Below are positions 30,108 to 39,509 of a stretch of 64,000 bases of DNA, piece after piece. Below the pieces are notes generated by a model that was not told the DNA's origin, ran no database searches, and worked only from the letters and a program-made list of their open reading frames with translations. The first letter of the stretch is position 1. Each line of letters begins with the position of its first letter. This stretch comes from Meiothermus sp. (GTDB lineage Bacteria > Deinococcota > Deinococci > Deinococcales > Thermaceae), in assembly GCA_033762915.1 (NCBI GenBank), contig JANRLD010000042.1, positions 192,001 through 256,000 on the forward strand. Direction: 5' to 3'. A program made the translations under genes and the position numbers.

Positions 30108-30383
30108 TTACGCGGCTGGGGGGTAGTCGGGCAAGAGGGGTAGCTCGATAGTGTTGGGAGTCTCCCCCTCACTTTCTTCGAGCCAACCGATATTCTGCTC
30201 AGTTGCCCGGTGGAGCCTGTTCAGAGTGTATTGGGCTGCCTCGATGGACTCGAGCAGATTCCGAAGCTGAATAAGGCTCAGACCTTCGGGAAGCTCTTGG
30301 GCTTCTTTGCTGGTGAGTTCCTCGAGGTGGCTGAGGGCTTGGGCGGTGGTTATGGTGGCTTGTTTGGCGTACAATTTCCTCAC
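30108..30383 (-). CDS. Hypothetical protein (helical/coiled-coil), divergent from the XRE-int operon
   Basis: 91 aa ORF with GAGGAG RBS and a downstream terminator. Confidence 0.55.
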   Translation of the reverse strand: MRKLYAKQATITTAQALSHLEELTSKEAQELPEGLSLIQLRNLLESIEAAQYTLNRLHRATEQNIGWLEESEGETPNTIELPLLPDYPPAA

Positions 30384-30394
30384 GCTCCTCTTGC

Positions 30395-30482
30395 GTAGTT
30401 AGGAACTTGGTTTCTCAGGCTCAGTTCCTAACTACTTTCATTGTAAGTCAAAATGATTGACTTGTCAAGGTTTTTGACTTAC
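30395..30482. promoter_or_regulatory. Divergent control region with two inverted-repeat operators
   Basis: GTAGTTAGGAACT/AGTTCCTAACTAC (30395-30435) and GTAAGTCAAAA/TTTTGACTTAC (30443-30482), the latter enclosing TTGAC-TT-GTCAA. Confidence 0.6.
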
Positions 30483-30483
30483 A

Positions 30484-30723
30484 ATGACGTATGCTAAGGA
30501 GGTGAGAACAGTGGAACAACAGCTACTAAAAGAAGTACAAAACCTGATGGACACCAAGGGCATTACCCAAGCCGAATATGCCCGCGCTAAAGGGGTAAGC
30601 CGCCAAACCGTAAACCAACTATTCTCGGGCAAGCGGGGATTGTTGACAGAATCGGCGGCTGAGTTGCTTGAGTATTTGGGGGTCGAGATTCGCCTTGTAC
30701 CCAAGGGGGGCAAGAATGCCTAA
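30484..30723 (+). CDS. XRE-family HTH transcriptional regulator
   Basis: GITQAEYARAKGVSRQTVNQLFSGKR; overlaps the integrase start. Confidence 0.85.
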   Translation: MTYAKEVRTVEQQLLKEVQNLMDTKGITQAEYARAKGVSRQTVNQLFSGKRGLLTESAAELLEYLGVEIRLVPKGGKNA

Positions 30724-31981
30724 GAAAGAAAGCAAACGGGCAGGTAACGGATTGGGTACAGTCCGACAGCGCAAAGATGGGCTATGGGAGTGCCGATTCA
30801 GCATCAAAGAAGAGGACGGCACCTCGAGCCAAAAATCGGTGTATGGCGCTACCCAGAAAGAGGCGATAGATAAGCGGAAAAAGCTCGAGGAGGCGTACCG
30901 TAAAGGGCTGGTAGCCAAAAAAGACGGGCGTACCTTCGGGGATTTTGCCGATGAATGGTTAAAGCGCAAAGAACGCAGCGGCAAAGCCCAAAGCACGATC
31001 AAGTCTTACCGTTTTGAGTTGGATTTGATACCCGAAAGTTTCAGGGATATGCGCCTACAAGCAATCAAGGCCAGCCATATTCACAAGATGATTGACGGTC
31101 TGGCTACCACCGCCCGACCCGCCCGTAAAGGCTCTACAAAGCCCCCAGCAGTAGGGGTAAGCCCCCGGACCCAGCGGCAGGTCTTGCAGACGGTCAGGGC
31201 AGTATTCAAAGAGGCCATGAAGCAAGAACTGATTTACAAGAACTCGGCTGAGTTTGTGGATGTGGCCGCACCCCCTTCCGAACCCAAAGGGCAGGTTTTG
31301 GAACCTTTCGAGGTGGATTTGTTTCTCGAGGCTTGTGAGGGGCATACGATGGGGCTGTTCTTCCGCCTTCTGCTGGGCTGTGGGCTGCGAAAAGGGGAAG
31401 CCCTGGCCTTGCAATGGAAAGACGTGAACCTCGAGCGTGGCGAGATCAGCATTAGCAAGGCGTGGACAGGTTCGGGCAAGGGCTATATGACTACCCCCAA
31501 GACCCGCAACTCTAAGCGTGTTGTACCCATCCCCCCTGGCATCCGAGCAAGACTCATAGAGCGACATAAGAAGCTCTTGGAAAAGGACTGGACTGCTGCC
31601 GAGGCCAAGGGACTGTATATCTTCGGACTAACCAAGCCGCTCGAGGTCAACTCACCCAACCATGCCCTAAACCGCATCGTGGATAAGTTCAATGCCGAGC
31701 AAACCAAAAAAGAGAAGGACTCCAAGGGGCTGATACCTGAAGGTTCCTTAACCCGACTGCCCAAAATACGGGTTCACGATCTGCGCCATTCCTTCGGCTC
31801 TTTGGCACTGGCAAAAGGTATGCCGCTCGAGCTTGTATCCGAGTGGATGGGCCATGCAAACCCCACCATCACCCTAAACGTTTATCGCCACGTTATGGAG
31901 TACGAGCGCAAAGGCTTTGTTTTCGACCTCGAGGAAATGATTCCCAAGACCCTACCAAATACCCAGCGGGCGCAAGCCTAA
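30716..31981 (+). CDS. int: Tyrosine recombinase/integrase
   Basis: N-terminal arm-binding region RAGNGLGTVRQRKDGLWE; GLRKGEALAL, HDLRHS, MGHANPTITLNVY. Confidence 0.95.
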   Translation: MPKKESKRAGNGLGTVRQRKDGLWECRFSIKEEDGTSSQKSVYGATQKEAIDKRKKLEEAYRKGLVAKKDGRTFGDFADEWLKRKERSGKAQSTIKSYRFELDLIPESFRDMRLQAIKASHIHKMIDGLATTARPARKGSTKPPAVGVSPRTQRQVLQTVRAVFKEAMKQELIYKNSAEFVDVAAPPSEPKGQVLEPFEVDLFLEACEGHTMGLFFRLLLGCGLRKGEALALQWKDVNLERGEISISKAWTGSGKGYMTTPKTRNSKRVVPIPPGIRARLIERHKKLLEKDWTAAEAKGLYIFGLTKPLEVNSPNHALNRIVDKFNAEQTKKEKDSKGLIPEGSLTRLPKIRVHDLRHSFGSLALAKGMPLELVSEWMGHANPTITLNVYRHVMEYERKGFVFDLEEMIPKTLPNTQRAQA

Positions 31982-31988
31982 ACGCCAA

Positions 31989-32009
31989 TTAGGGTAAAAA
32001 TTAGGGTAA
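31989..32009 (+). repeat. Candidate integrase arm-type binding sites (right)
   Basis: TTAGGGTAAAAATTAGGGTAA, a tandem 12-bp-period repeat matching 15758-15778. Confidence 0.65.
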
Positions 32010-32024
32010 CGTACCGTAAAGGAC

Positions 32025-32054
32025 AAATCCCCCACTTCTAAAGGTGGGGAATTT
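32025..32054. terminator. Bidirectional hairpin terminator between int and the tRNA
   Basis: AAATCCCCCAC...GTGGGGAATTT. Confidence 0.6.
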
Positions 32055-32078
32055 TATTGTTCCAGACGCTATTTTTCA

Positions 32079-32153
<75 letters not shown>

Positions 32154-32168
32154 AAAACGGCAAAGCGT

Positions 32169-32197
32169 ATTGTAGCCTCCGGGGCCGTTTTGGGCAA
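32169..32197 (-). promoter_or_regulatory. Sigma70-type promoter of tRNA-Thr
   Basis: TTGCCC-17 bp-TACAAT on the minus strand, just upstream of the tRNA. Confidence 0.6.
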
Positions 32198-32576
32198 GAC
32201 GCCATCACCAAACGCCCAGGCCAGAACCCACCGAAGACAACCGCCAACCAGTTGCCCTTTCCGCACTTCCAGACAGGAGCGGTATGGATATCAGGCAGAG
32301 GCGCTTGGGCTTTTTGGTTTCTGTGATCACAGCCGGTCAAGGCGAGAACCCGATGGCACGGCAAGAGCAGAGGGTGGGGAGTGGATGCCCGGCAGGCTCA
32401 CTCAGCGCTGTAGGGAGCGGGATCTGGACCAGGAAAGCGGCGGATATCCAGAAGCCAGGCAGAGGCCACCGTATTCAACACCGCCGCACAACCACGTTCC
32501 AAACCAAAGAGGGTTCACGGGTGCGAACCAAAAATCGTTTTGAGGTCGGCGCTGATCGCCGGTTATACTCGCGGTT

Positions 32577-33746
32577 GTGTCGTCTTTGCTCCAGTCCCGT
32601 GTCGCTATTACCAGTTTTTTCCTGTTGCACGGGGTCGTGGCTGGGAGCTTCGTCTCGAGAATCCCCGCCATCTCCGAGGGGCTGCGGCTCGAGCCCTCCG
32701 CCCTGGGCTGGGCCCTGGTGGGTAACATGCTGGGCGCGCTGCTGTCGGCGCTGACGGCGGGGTTCGTGGTGGACCGCTTCGGCAGCCGCCGGGTGACCCG
32801 CCTGATGGGGCTGGCTCTGGTTTGCTTCCTGCCGGCGGTGGCGCTGATGCCCGGCGCGGCCTTTTTGTTTGCCGCCCTGGTCGTCCACGGCTTTATCGGG
32901 TCCACCCTCAACATCGCCATGAACACCCAGGCCACGGCCCTCGAGGGCCGCTACGAAAGGCCGATCCTCTCGAGCTTCCACGCCCTGTGGAGCCTGGGGG
33001 CGCTGGTTGGTGCGCTGGCAGGAGCCGGGCTGGCCGAGCTGGGCTTCCGGCCCTTCTGGCACTTCGCGGTGGTGGCGCTGGTCTGGGCTGGGCTCAATCT
33101 GGGGCTCAGCCGCTGGCTGCTGGAGTCGCCCCCGCAGCGCGGGCTCAAGCCTAAGGGCAGCTTCGTGTGGCCCAAGGGGACGCTCTTATACCTGGGGCTG
33201 CTGGGCTTCTGTGTGGCCATCTCTGACGGCTCGATCTCGAGCTGGGCGGGGGTCTACTTGCGCAGCTTGGAGGCGCCGGAGTCGGTGGCCGCGCTGGGCT
33301 TCGCGGTGCACCAGGCGATTATGCTGATCGGCCGCTCGAGCGGCGACTGGCTGGCCGGGCGCTTTGGGGCCGCCAACCTGATCCGCTTTGGCGCGGCTTT
33401 CGGGGGCGTGGGGCTCGCGGTGGGGGTCAGCAGCCACACCGTGGAGGGGGCCTTCTTCGGCATCGCCTGTATGGGGCTGGGTATGGCCTCCACCTACCCC
33501 CTGATCTTCGCCGCCGCCGCCCGCACCCCCGGCGTCTCGCCCGCCGCCGCGATGGCTACCGCCAGCGCCTTCTCGACCACCGGCGGGCTGGTCGGCCCGA
33601 TCCTGCTGGGCAACGTGGCCCAGTGGGGCGGGGTGGCCTGGAGCTTCTACGTAGCGGCGCTGCTGGCCGCTGTGGTGAGCTTCCTGGCCTTCGCGCTGGG
33701 CGGCTACAAGGTGGCGCAGGAGGGCAGGGAGACCAGGGCGGGATAG
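32577..33746 (+). CDS. MFS transporter (sugar/YbjJ-like)
   Basis: About 12 TM helices; VDRFGSR, AMNTQA and SSFHALWSLG. Confidence 0.85.
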   Translation: MSSLLQSRVAITSFFLLHGVVAGSFVSRIPAISEGLRLEPSALGWALVGNMLGALLSALTAGFVVDRFGSRRVTRLMGLALVCFLPAVALMPGAAFLFAALVVHGFIGSTLNIAMNTQATALEGRYERPILSSFHALWSLGALVGALAGAGLAELGFRPFWHFAVVALVWAGLNLGLSRWLLESPPQRGLKPKGSFVWPKGTLLYLGLLGFCVAISDGSISSWAGVYLRSLEAPESVAALGFAVHQAIMLIGRSSGDWLAGRFGAANLIRFGAAFGGVGLAVGVSSHTVEGAFFGIACMGLGMASTYPLIFAAAARTPGVSPAAAMATASAFSTTGGLVGPILLGNVAQWGGVAWSFYVAALLAAVVSFLAFALGGYKVAQEGRETRAG

Positions 33747-33816
33747 CCTCGAGGGGGCCTTGAGGGTTGGAGGTCCGCCCGCCCCCAGCCCTGCCAGCCG
33801 CTATACTGACCCCCAC

Positions 33817-35046
33817 ATGCACACGCTCGAGACCCCCGGCCGCCTGTCGCGGTTTTTCCCCCTATCGGCCTACTGGTTCGGCTTCTCGTTCCACTGGTTT
33901 TTGCTGCTGCCGCTCCTGATGCCCGCCGATGTGGAGCGCTTCGTGGGGGCCGAGAGCAAGGGGGCTTACCTGGGCTGGCTGGCAGGGGTGATGGCGCTCA
34001 TCCCGCTGGTGCTGCCCCCGTTCGTGGGGCAGTGGTCGGACCGGGTGGGGAAGCGGATGCCCTTTCTGGTATACGGCACGGCGGTCAACATTCTGGGCCT
34101 GCTGGTGATGCTGTTCTCGCCCAACTACTGGGTCTACGCCCTCGGGTACTTTCTGGTGCAGACCGGCAACTCGGTAGCCAGCAGCCCCTACGCGGCACTG
34201 ATCCCCGACGTGGTGAAGCCCTCCGAGCGGGGGGCGGCCAGCGGGGTGATGGCCTTCTTCCAACTCACCAGCCAGATCGCCGGGGGCCTGGCGGCCTTCG
34301 CGCTCGGCGGCAGCCGCGAGGGGCAGTTCGTGGTGATCATGCTGCTGCTGACCGCCGTGACCTTCATCACCGTGCGGATGGTTCCCGAGCCCGGCGTCCG
34401 GCGCGACCGGGGCGAGCCGATAGACCTGCGGGTCTTCTTCCGGCCCATCTACTACAACTTCCGCTGGGTCTTCTTGACCCGGGCCTTCATCGAGACCGGG
34501 CGCTTCGCTGTGCAGCCCTTCCTGCTGTTCTACCTGACCGACGTGGTCCGCAACTTCCAGGTGGGTTCGGTGACGCTCCCCTCGGCCAACCTGGCCCTGA
34601 CCGCCCTGCTGATGCTGCTCTCGGTGACCGCTGCCGTCACCTCGATCCTGGCCGGGCGCTGGTCGGACCGGGTCGGCAAGAAGCCGGTCATCTACTGGGC
34701 GGGCGGACTGACCGCCATCGCAGCTCTGGGCTTCGCCCTGACCCAGAACTACGCCCTGGCCCTGCTGATCGCCCTGGTGTTCGGGCTGGGCTACGGGGCC
34801 TTCATCAGCGTGGACTGGGCGCTGGCTACCTCGGTGCTGCCCGACGAGACCAAGCACGCCAGCGATATGGGCATCTGGCACATCGCGCTGGTCTTCCCGC
34901 AGCTCTTCCAGGGGGTGTTTGGGCAGGTGCTGGACTGGGGGAACCGGGCCAGCACCAACGGCGGCTACCCGATCCTGTTCGGGCTGGCAGTGCTGTTCTT
35001 CCTGCTGGGGACGGTGTTCATCTCGAGGATTCGCGGGGTCAGGTAA
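33817..35046 (+). CDS. MFS transporter
   Basis: About 12 TM helices; GQWSDRVGKR and GRWSDRVGKK motif A repeats. Confidence 0.88.
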   Translation: MHTLETPGRLSRFFPLSAYWFGFSFHWFLLLPLLMPADVERFVGAESKGAYLGWLAGVMALIPLVLPPFVGQWSDRVGKRMPFLVYGTAVNILGLLVMLFSPNYWVYALGYFLVQTGNSVASSPYAALIPDVVKPSERGAASGVMAFFQLTSQIAGGLAAFALGGSREGQFVVIMLLLTAVTFITVRMVPEPGVRRDRGEPIDLRVFFRPIYYNFRWVFLTRAFIETGRFAVQPFLLFYLTDVVRNFQVGSVTLPSANLALTALLMLLSVTAAVTSILAGRWSDRVGKKPVIYWAGGLTAIAALGFALTQNYALALLIALVFGLGYGAFISVDWALATSVLPDETKHASDMGIWHIALVFPQLFQGVFGQVLDWGNRASTNGGYPILFGLAVLFFLLGTVFISRIRGVR

Positions 35047-36103
35047 GCTCCGCCGGTCTGCCCAGAAAAGCGCCGTACCTCTGGGCGGTAAGCGCTACGG
35101 AATCCAACTGGGTTTTGCTTAGGGAGTGAAAGGCCTCGAGTGCGACCTTCGCCGCTTTGGCCGTTAAGACTCGCCTCCAGACGCCCATTACCTGCCCGTC
35201 CACCACAGCAACCGGCCTCAAAACCCCGCCGCCGTCGTGGTAACGCCTAGAGAAGGCGGCCTCGAGCACCGCGTCGCGGTTCGCGTAGGCCACGACGAAC
35301 TCGTCGAAGGCCGGGAGCAGGTGCGTATCAAACTCGGACTCAGCGGGAGTTGCAGGCTTGAAGTAGTAGGTCTGGCCGTTGAAGGCAGTTTCCTCGAGCT
35401 CGCCCCGGACGGCCTCGAGGCCCTTCCTGGCCTCTGCGAGGCCAAGCCCCGACCACCAGGCGAAGTCCTTCAGGGTGGCGGGGCCGTGGCCCACGAAATA
35501 GCGCCGGGTCAGTTCGGCCAACGCCTCCTCACGGCCGGGGATTGCGGGCCTGGGGACCCACTCCTCGAGCAGCACGAAGGTCGGCTGCTTGAGCGCATAG
35601 GGGCCAAAGCAGATCAGACCGGCGTGGGCATGGTAGCCGAGGATATGCATGCCCCGACCGTTCTTGGAGGAGATGCCGACTGCAGCCAGTTCGGCGTAGA
35701 CGGCCTCTCGTCTCAGCGATCTTCCACCTTGTAAAGATTGCTCGAGTACCTTCCCGCTCTTGGCAAAAGTCTCGGCGTCTAGCTCGAGTTCGCGGTACCG
35801 CGCCGCCCGGGCGGCAATCACCCTCTGGGCGAAGTGATTGAGCATCCACCACACGTCTTCGGCGGCGACCCAGTGGATGGTTCCGCGCAAGGGCCAGGTT
35901 CGCACGATGCTGCGCTCGGCGATGGCCTGTTGAACCGTCCTTTCCATAGCGCCAGCCACCCGCAGCCCGACCGCCCACAGCGAGGCCAGGTAGTCCTGGG
36001 CCTGCACCGCACCTAGCCGACGCACTGCCTCGCCCGGCGTGTGTGCTTGTGCGGTGATGCGCTGGTTGTGCAGCCGCAGGCGGGCGAGGTCTCGAGCCGT
36101 CAC
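35039..36103 (-). CDS. AlkZ/YcaQ-family (HTH_42) winged-helix DNA glycosylase
   Basis: GAVQAQD, RTWPLRGTIH, YFVGHGPATLKDFAWWSGL and LLPAFDEFVVAY. Confidence 0.85.
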   Translation of the reverse strand: MTARDLARLRLHNQRITAQAHTPGEAVRRLGAVQAQDYLASLWAVGLRVAGAMERTVQQAIAERSIVRTWPLRGTIHWVAAEDVWWMLNHFAQRVIAARAARYRELELDAETFAKSGKVLEQSLQGGRSLRREAVYAELAAVGISSKNGRGMHILGYHAHAGLICFGPYALKQPTFVLLEEWVPRPAIPGREEALAELTRRYFVGHGPATLKDFAWWSGLGLAEARKGLEAVRGELEETAFNGQTYYFKPATPAESEFDTHLLPAFDEFVVAYANRDAVLEAAFSRRYHDGGGVLRPVAVVDGQVMGVWRRVLTAKAAKVALEAFHSLSKTQLDSVALTAQRYGAFLGRPAELT

Positions 36104-36128
36104 AGCCCTATTGTGCCTCGAGCTTCCC

Positions 36129-36251
36129 CTCGAGGTGATCCGCCAGGCCGACTGGATCATAGACCCCGGGCCGCAGGACGGCGGCGCGGGCGGGGAGATT
36201 TTGTTCGAGGGCACTCCGGCCGACCTGCTGACCTGCGAGCGGAGCCTCAGC
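36129..36251 (+). pseudogene. Remnant of a UvrA-like ABC ATPase C-terminus
   Basis: LEVIRQADWIIDPGPQDGGAGGEILFEGTPADL matches the UvrA C-terminal signature; nothing upstream. Confidence 0.7.
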
Positions 36252-36280
36252 CCACTTCCTGAGCGAGATATGCTTACGCC

Positions 36281-36724
36281 GTGCGACTGCCCATCACAGC
36301 CTTGCGGCGGACACCCGAGGAAAAGCGAGACATCAACTTGAGTTGGGCACGACCTGACGTACATTTCTTCTCAGCCGGGGCCTGCCACATCCTGGCGTTC
36401 GCGTTCCTCGAGGCTTACCCTGTTGCTGGATTCCGACCTCGCTTCATCCGGCCGCAACCCGGCTTCGGCGGCAGTCACGTCTATGTCACCGACGACCAAA
36501 CCGCCTTTGACGCGCAGGGCTATATTCTCCAAGCCGAACTCCTCGAGCTGCACCGCGCCGCGATGGATGCAGCCGAGCCAGGATGGCATGCGGACCTGCT
36601 GGATGTTGACGAGCCCTTAGCGCAGTTTTGCGCTGCGAACAACCACCGTCCGCCGTGGGATTTTCCGCTCGGTGTCTGGGAGCGGGCCAAGCGGTATCTC
36701 GAGACCTTTCCCGCCCCCAGATAG
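36281..36724 (+). CDS. Hypothetical protein
   Basis: 147 aa; FFSAGACHILAFAF...HVYV...FDAQG suggests a Cys-His-Asp set. Confidence 0.6.
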   Translation: MRLPITALRRTPEEKRDINLSWARPDVHFFSAGACHILAFAFLEAYPVAGFRPRFIRPQPGFGGSHVYVTDDQTAFDAQGYILQAELLELHRAAMDAAEPGWHADLLDVDEPLAQFCAANNHRPPWDFPLGVWERAKRYLETFPAPR

Positions 36725-36836
36725 CCGCCTCGAGACGCGATGCTCGAGCATCCCACCAAACCTGCTCCAAAGCGGGTGTGCTCGAGCCCTCATAAAAGCA
36801 AACCTACTGAGCGCCGTACTTGGACGGGGTGTAGGG

Positions 36837-37217
36837 CTATTTCATCGAGTTGAGGCCGAACATATTGCCCTCGGTGTCCTGACACAACGTCACCCAACCG
36901 AACTCGCCGATGGAGAACTTTGGCCTGACGATTTTGCCTCCGGCGGCGGCGACCCTGGAAGCCTCCACCGCGCAGTCCTCCACGCTGAAGTAGACCAGCG
37001 TGCCGCCCACCCCAGGGCGCGAATGCTCCGACTTCACCAAGGCCCCCGCCGCCCCGTAGGCAGTCATGTTTCCGGGGAAGCTCATCATCTGGGTTTCGCC
37101 GGTGGGGTCGCCCATATGCGCCAGCTTCTGCCCCAGGACACCCTCGTAAAACCTGACCGCCCGTTCCATGTCGCTCACGTAGATGTCAAACCACCCAATC
37201 GCATTGGTCGGTGCCAT
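36837..37217 (-). CDS. VOC/glyoxalase family protein
   Basis: GWFDIYVSDMERAVRFY...DTEGNMFGL; GAGGAGG RBS. Confidence 0.9.
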   Translation of the reverse strand: MAPTNAIGWFDIYVSDMERAVRFYEGVLGQKLAHMGDPTGETQMMSFPGNMTAYGAAGALVKSEHSRPGVGGTLVYFSVEDCAVEASRVAAAGGKIVRPKFSIGEFGWVTLCQDTEGNMFGLNSMK

Positions 37218-37394
37218 GTGTTGTTCCTCCTCTTGCTTCTCCGAGAACGAAAAATTTCGCCACACGGCGACCCGCCAAACCCACAGCGCCAGGCGTGGCG
37301 TCCCAGGGGCCAGCGGACTTTGTGCGGTGAGTGTCGCCGTTTTCGGCAAGCTAGGCGGAGTTTAGCCCGTCAGATGTCCGGCGTATTGTATAAA

Positions 37395-38135
37395 TCAGAC
37401 ACCGAACTTCTCGGCAAAGGCCTTGGGGGTGTAGCCGGTGGCCTTGCGGAAGGAGTGGATGAAGTGCGACTGGTCGGCATACGACGCCAGGTAGTGCTGC
37501 TTGAAGGATTGCTGGAGGCGCAACACCTTGAGCAGGTCGTGCGGAGAAAACCCGGTCGTTCGCTTGAGCGTGCGCTGCAGTTGGCGGGGCGAGACGCCCG
37601 TGGCGGCGGCCATGTCGGCCACGGTGCGGATGTTGTCGAGGTTGTTAAGGATTTTCTTGGTCACGGGGTTGGCTACCACGATCCCCTCGCTGATAAGCCG
37701 CCGCACCAGCCCCGACATGAGCGGCTGTTTGGCGGTGAAGTCCAGCTCGGCCATTCGGTTGCTGGTCTCGAGCAGCGGCAAGCTGCCGCTATAGGGCGTG
37801 CCCACATAGCGGTCGAAAATCTCCTCCGGGTTGCCCTGCCACACGCCGGGGAAGAGCTGGATGCCGACGTAGTGAAATGTCCTCCCGAGGTTGAGTACCT
37901 CGTAGGTGGTACGCAAGGCCGTGACTCCCGCTATCTCCGGGTCGGTCTGGTTGAACAGAAGGTTCACGCAGGCGTCGGGCAAGGCATGAAGATAAAAATC
38001 TTCCGGCAGTTCGCCCTGTGTTTTGAGTTCCCAGAAGCAGTGCACAAACTCGGCGAGATCGGTGGGTGGCTGTGCCTCCACGTACCGCACCGATTGCACC
38101 GTTTTTTCCACGCCGTCTTTGACCGGGCTGTACAT
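37395..38135 (-). CDS. AraC-family regulator (DUF6597-like N-terminus)
   Basis: LPDAC, SPRQLQRTLK and YADQSHFIHSFRKATGYTP. Confidence 0.88.
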   Translation of the reverse strand: MYSPVKDGVEKTVQSVRYVEAQPPTDLAEFVHCFWELKTQGELPEDFYLHALPDACVNLLFNQTDPEIAGVTALRTTYEVLNLGRTFHYVGIQLFPGVWQGNPEEIFDRYVGTPYSGSLPLLETSNRMAELDFTAKQPLMSGLVRRLISEGIVVANPVTKKILNNLDNIRTVADMAAATGVSPRQLQRTLKRTTGFSPHDLLKVLRLQQSFKQHYLASYADQSHFIHSFRKATGYTPKAFAEKFGV

Positions 38136-38219
38136 ACGCTACGTTAATCTATAACGCTTTTCGTCGTGCTTTTTCCAGAGCGGTATTGCAGACCGTTTGA
38201 TTGCCTCGAGGCGCCAGAT

Positions 38220-38253
38220 AAAAACGCCGAACCTAAACCAGCGTTCGGCGTTT
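38220..38253 (-). terminator. Terminator of mdh
   Basis: AAACGCCGAAC...GTTCGGCGTTT hairpin with an A-tract. Confidence 0.6.
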
Positions 38254-38266
38254 GGTTTTCGGCCTA

Positions 38267-39253
38267 CTAAATCAGTCCGAGCCCCATCACCGCGTCGCGC
38301 TCCTCAGCCAGCTCTTTGGCGGTGGCGTCCATCTTGCCCCGGCTGAACTCGTTGATCTCGAGGCCCTGCACAATTTCAAAGTCGCCACCCTTGCACACAC
38401 ACGGGTAGCTGTACACCAGCCCCTCGGGGATGCCGTAGGAGCCGTCGGAGGGGAAGGCCATGCTCACCCAGTCGCCCGCCGGGGTGCCCAGGGCCCAATC
38501 CCGCATATGATCTATGGCGGCGCTGGCGGCGCTCGCCGCCGAGGAAGCGCCACGGGCCTCGATGATCTCCGCGCCGCGCTTGGCGACCTTGGGGATGTAG
38601 CTACCCGCGTACCAGTCGTGGTCGCCCACCAGCTCATACGCACTCTTGCCCCCCACCTCGCAGTGGTAGAGGTCGGGGTACTGCGTTACCGAGTGGTTGC
38701 CCCAGATGGTCATCTTCTTGATCTCGGTGACCGGTACCTTGAGGCGGGACGCGAGCTGCGAGATGGCCCGGTTGTGGTCGAGGCGGGTCATGGCGTGGAT
38801 CTGGCGGGGGGAGAGGTTGGGGGCGTTCTTGTAGGCGATGAGGGCGTTGGTGTTGGCCGGGTTGCCCACCACCAGCACCTTGACGCCTTTTTTGGCGTTG
38901 TTGGAAAGGGCTTCGCCCTGGGGCTTGAAGATGCCCCCGTTAGCGGCCAGCAGGTCGGCCCGCTCCATGCCCTGCTTGCGCGGCATCGCGCCCACCAGGA
39001 GCGCGTACTCGGCGTCGCCAAAGGCCACGTTGGGGTCGTCGGTAGGCACCACGCCCGCCAGGGTGGGGAAGGCGCAGTCCTCGAGCTCCATGATCACCCC
39101 GTTGAGGGCCTTAAGGGCGGGGGTGATCTCCAAGAGTTGCAAGACCACCGGCTGGTCGGGGCCGAGCATCGCGCCAGAGGCGATGCGGAACAGCAGGCTG
39201 TACCCAATCTGACCGGCAGCGCCGGTTACAGCAACGCGAACGGGGGGTTTCAT
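38267..39253 (-). CDS. mdh: Malate dehydrogenase
   Basis: [42 protein letters not shown] and [10 protein letters not shown]. Confidence 0.97.
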   Translation of the reverse strand: MKPPVRVAVTGAAGQIGYSLLFRIASGAMLGPDQPVVLQLLEITPALKALNGVIMELEDCAFPTLAGVVPTDDPNVAFGDAEYALLVGAMPRKQGMERADLLAANGGIFKPQGEALSNNAKKGVKVLVVGNPANTNALIAYKNAPNLSPRQIHAMTRLDHNRAISQLASRLKVPVTEIKKMTIWGNHSVTQYPDLYHCEVGGKSAYELVGDHDWYAGSYIPKVAKRGAEIIEARGASSAASAASAAIDHMRDWALGTPAGDWVSMAFPSDGSYGIPEGLVYSYPCVCKGGDFEIVQGLEINEFSRGKMDATAKELAEERDAVMGLGLI

Positions 39254-39462
39254 CCTTAGAGCTCCTTTCAAGAGGCCGTGAGCCTATTTCTACCGTTCAC
39301 GATGATACCGGGTTGAAGGGCGAAAGTCGAAGGACGAAGGTCAGGGGTAGATACACCGGGTTCATACCAGTCCGGCAACCCGGCGGCGGGGCGGCTACCC
39401 GGGTTGGCCGTGCAGAGCCACATCCGGCAAAGCTGCCCGGCAGACTCGGCAGGCCTATCGCC

Positions 39463-39497
39463 AAAAGGAAGGCGGCCCCGAAAGGCCGCCTTCCTTT
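39463..39497 (-). terminator. Rho-independent terminator
   Basis: AAAGGAAGGCGGCC-CCGAAA-GGCCGCCTTCCTTT. Confidence 0.75.
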
Positions 39498-39509
39498 CAC
39501 CGGCTCAGC

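Noticed and set aside
32290..32415. Lysine riboswitch (AGAGGCGC ... AGCGCT)
   Set aside because: It is too short, lacks the internal conserved elements, and the downstream gene is not lysine-related.
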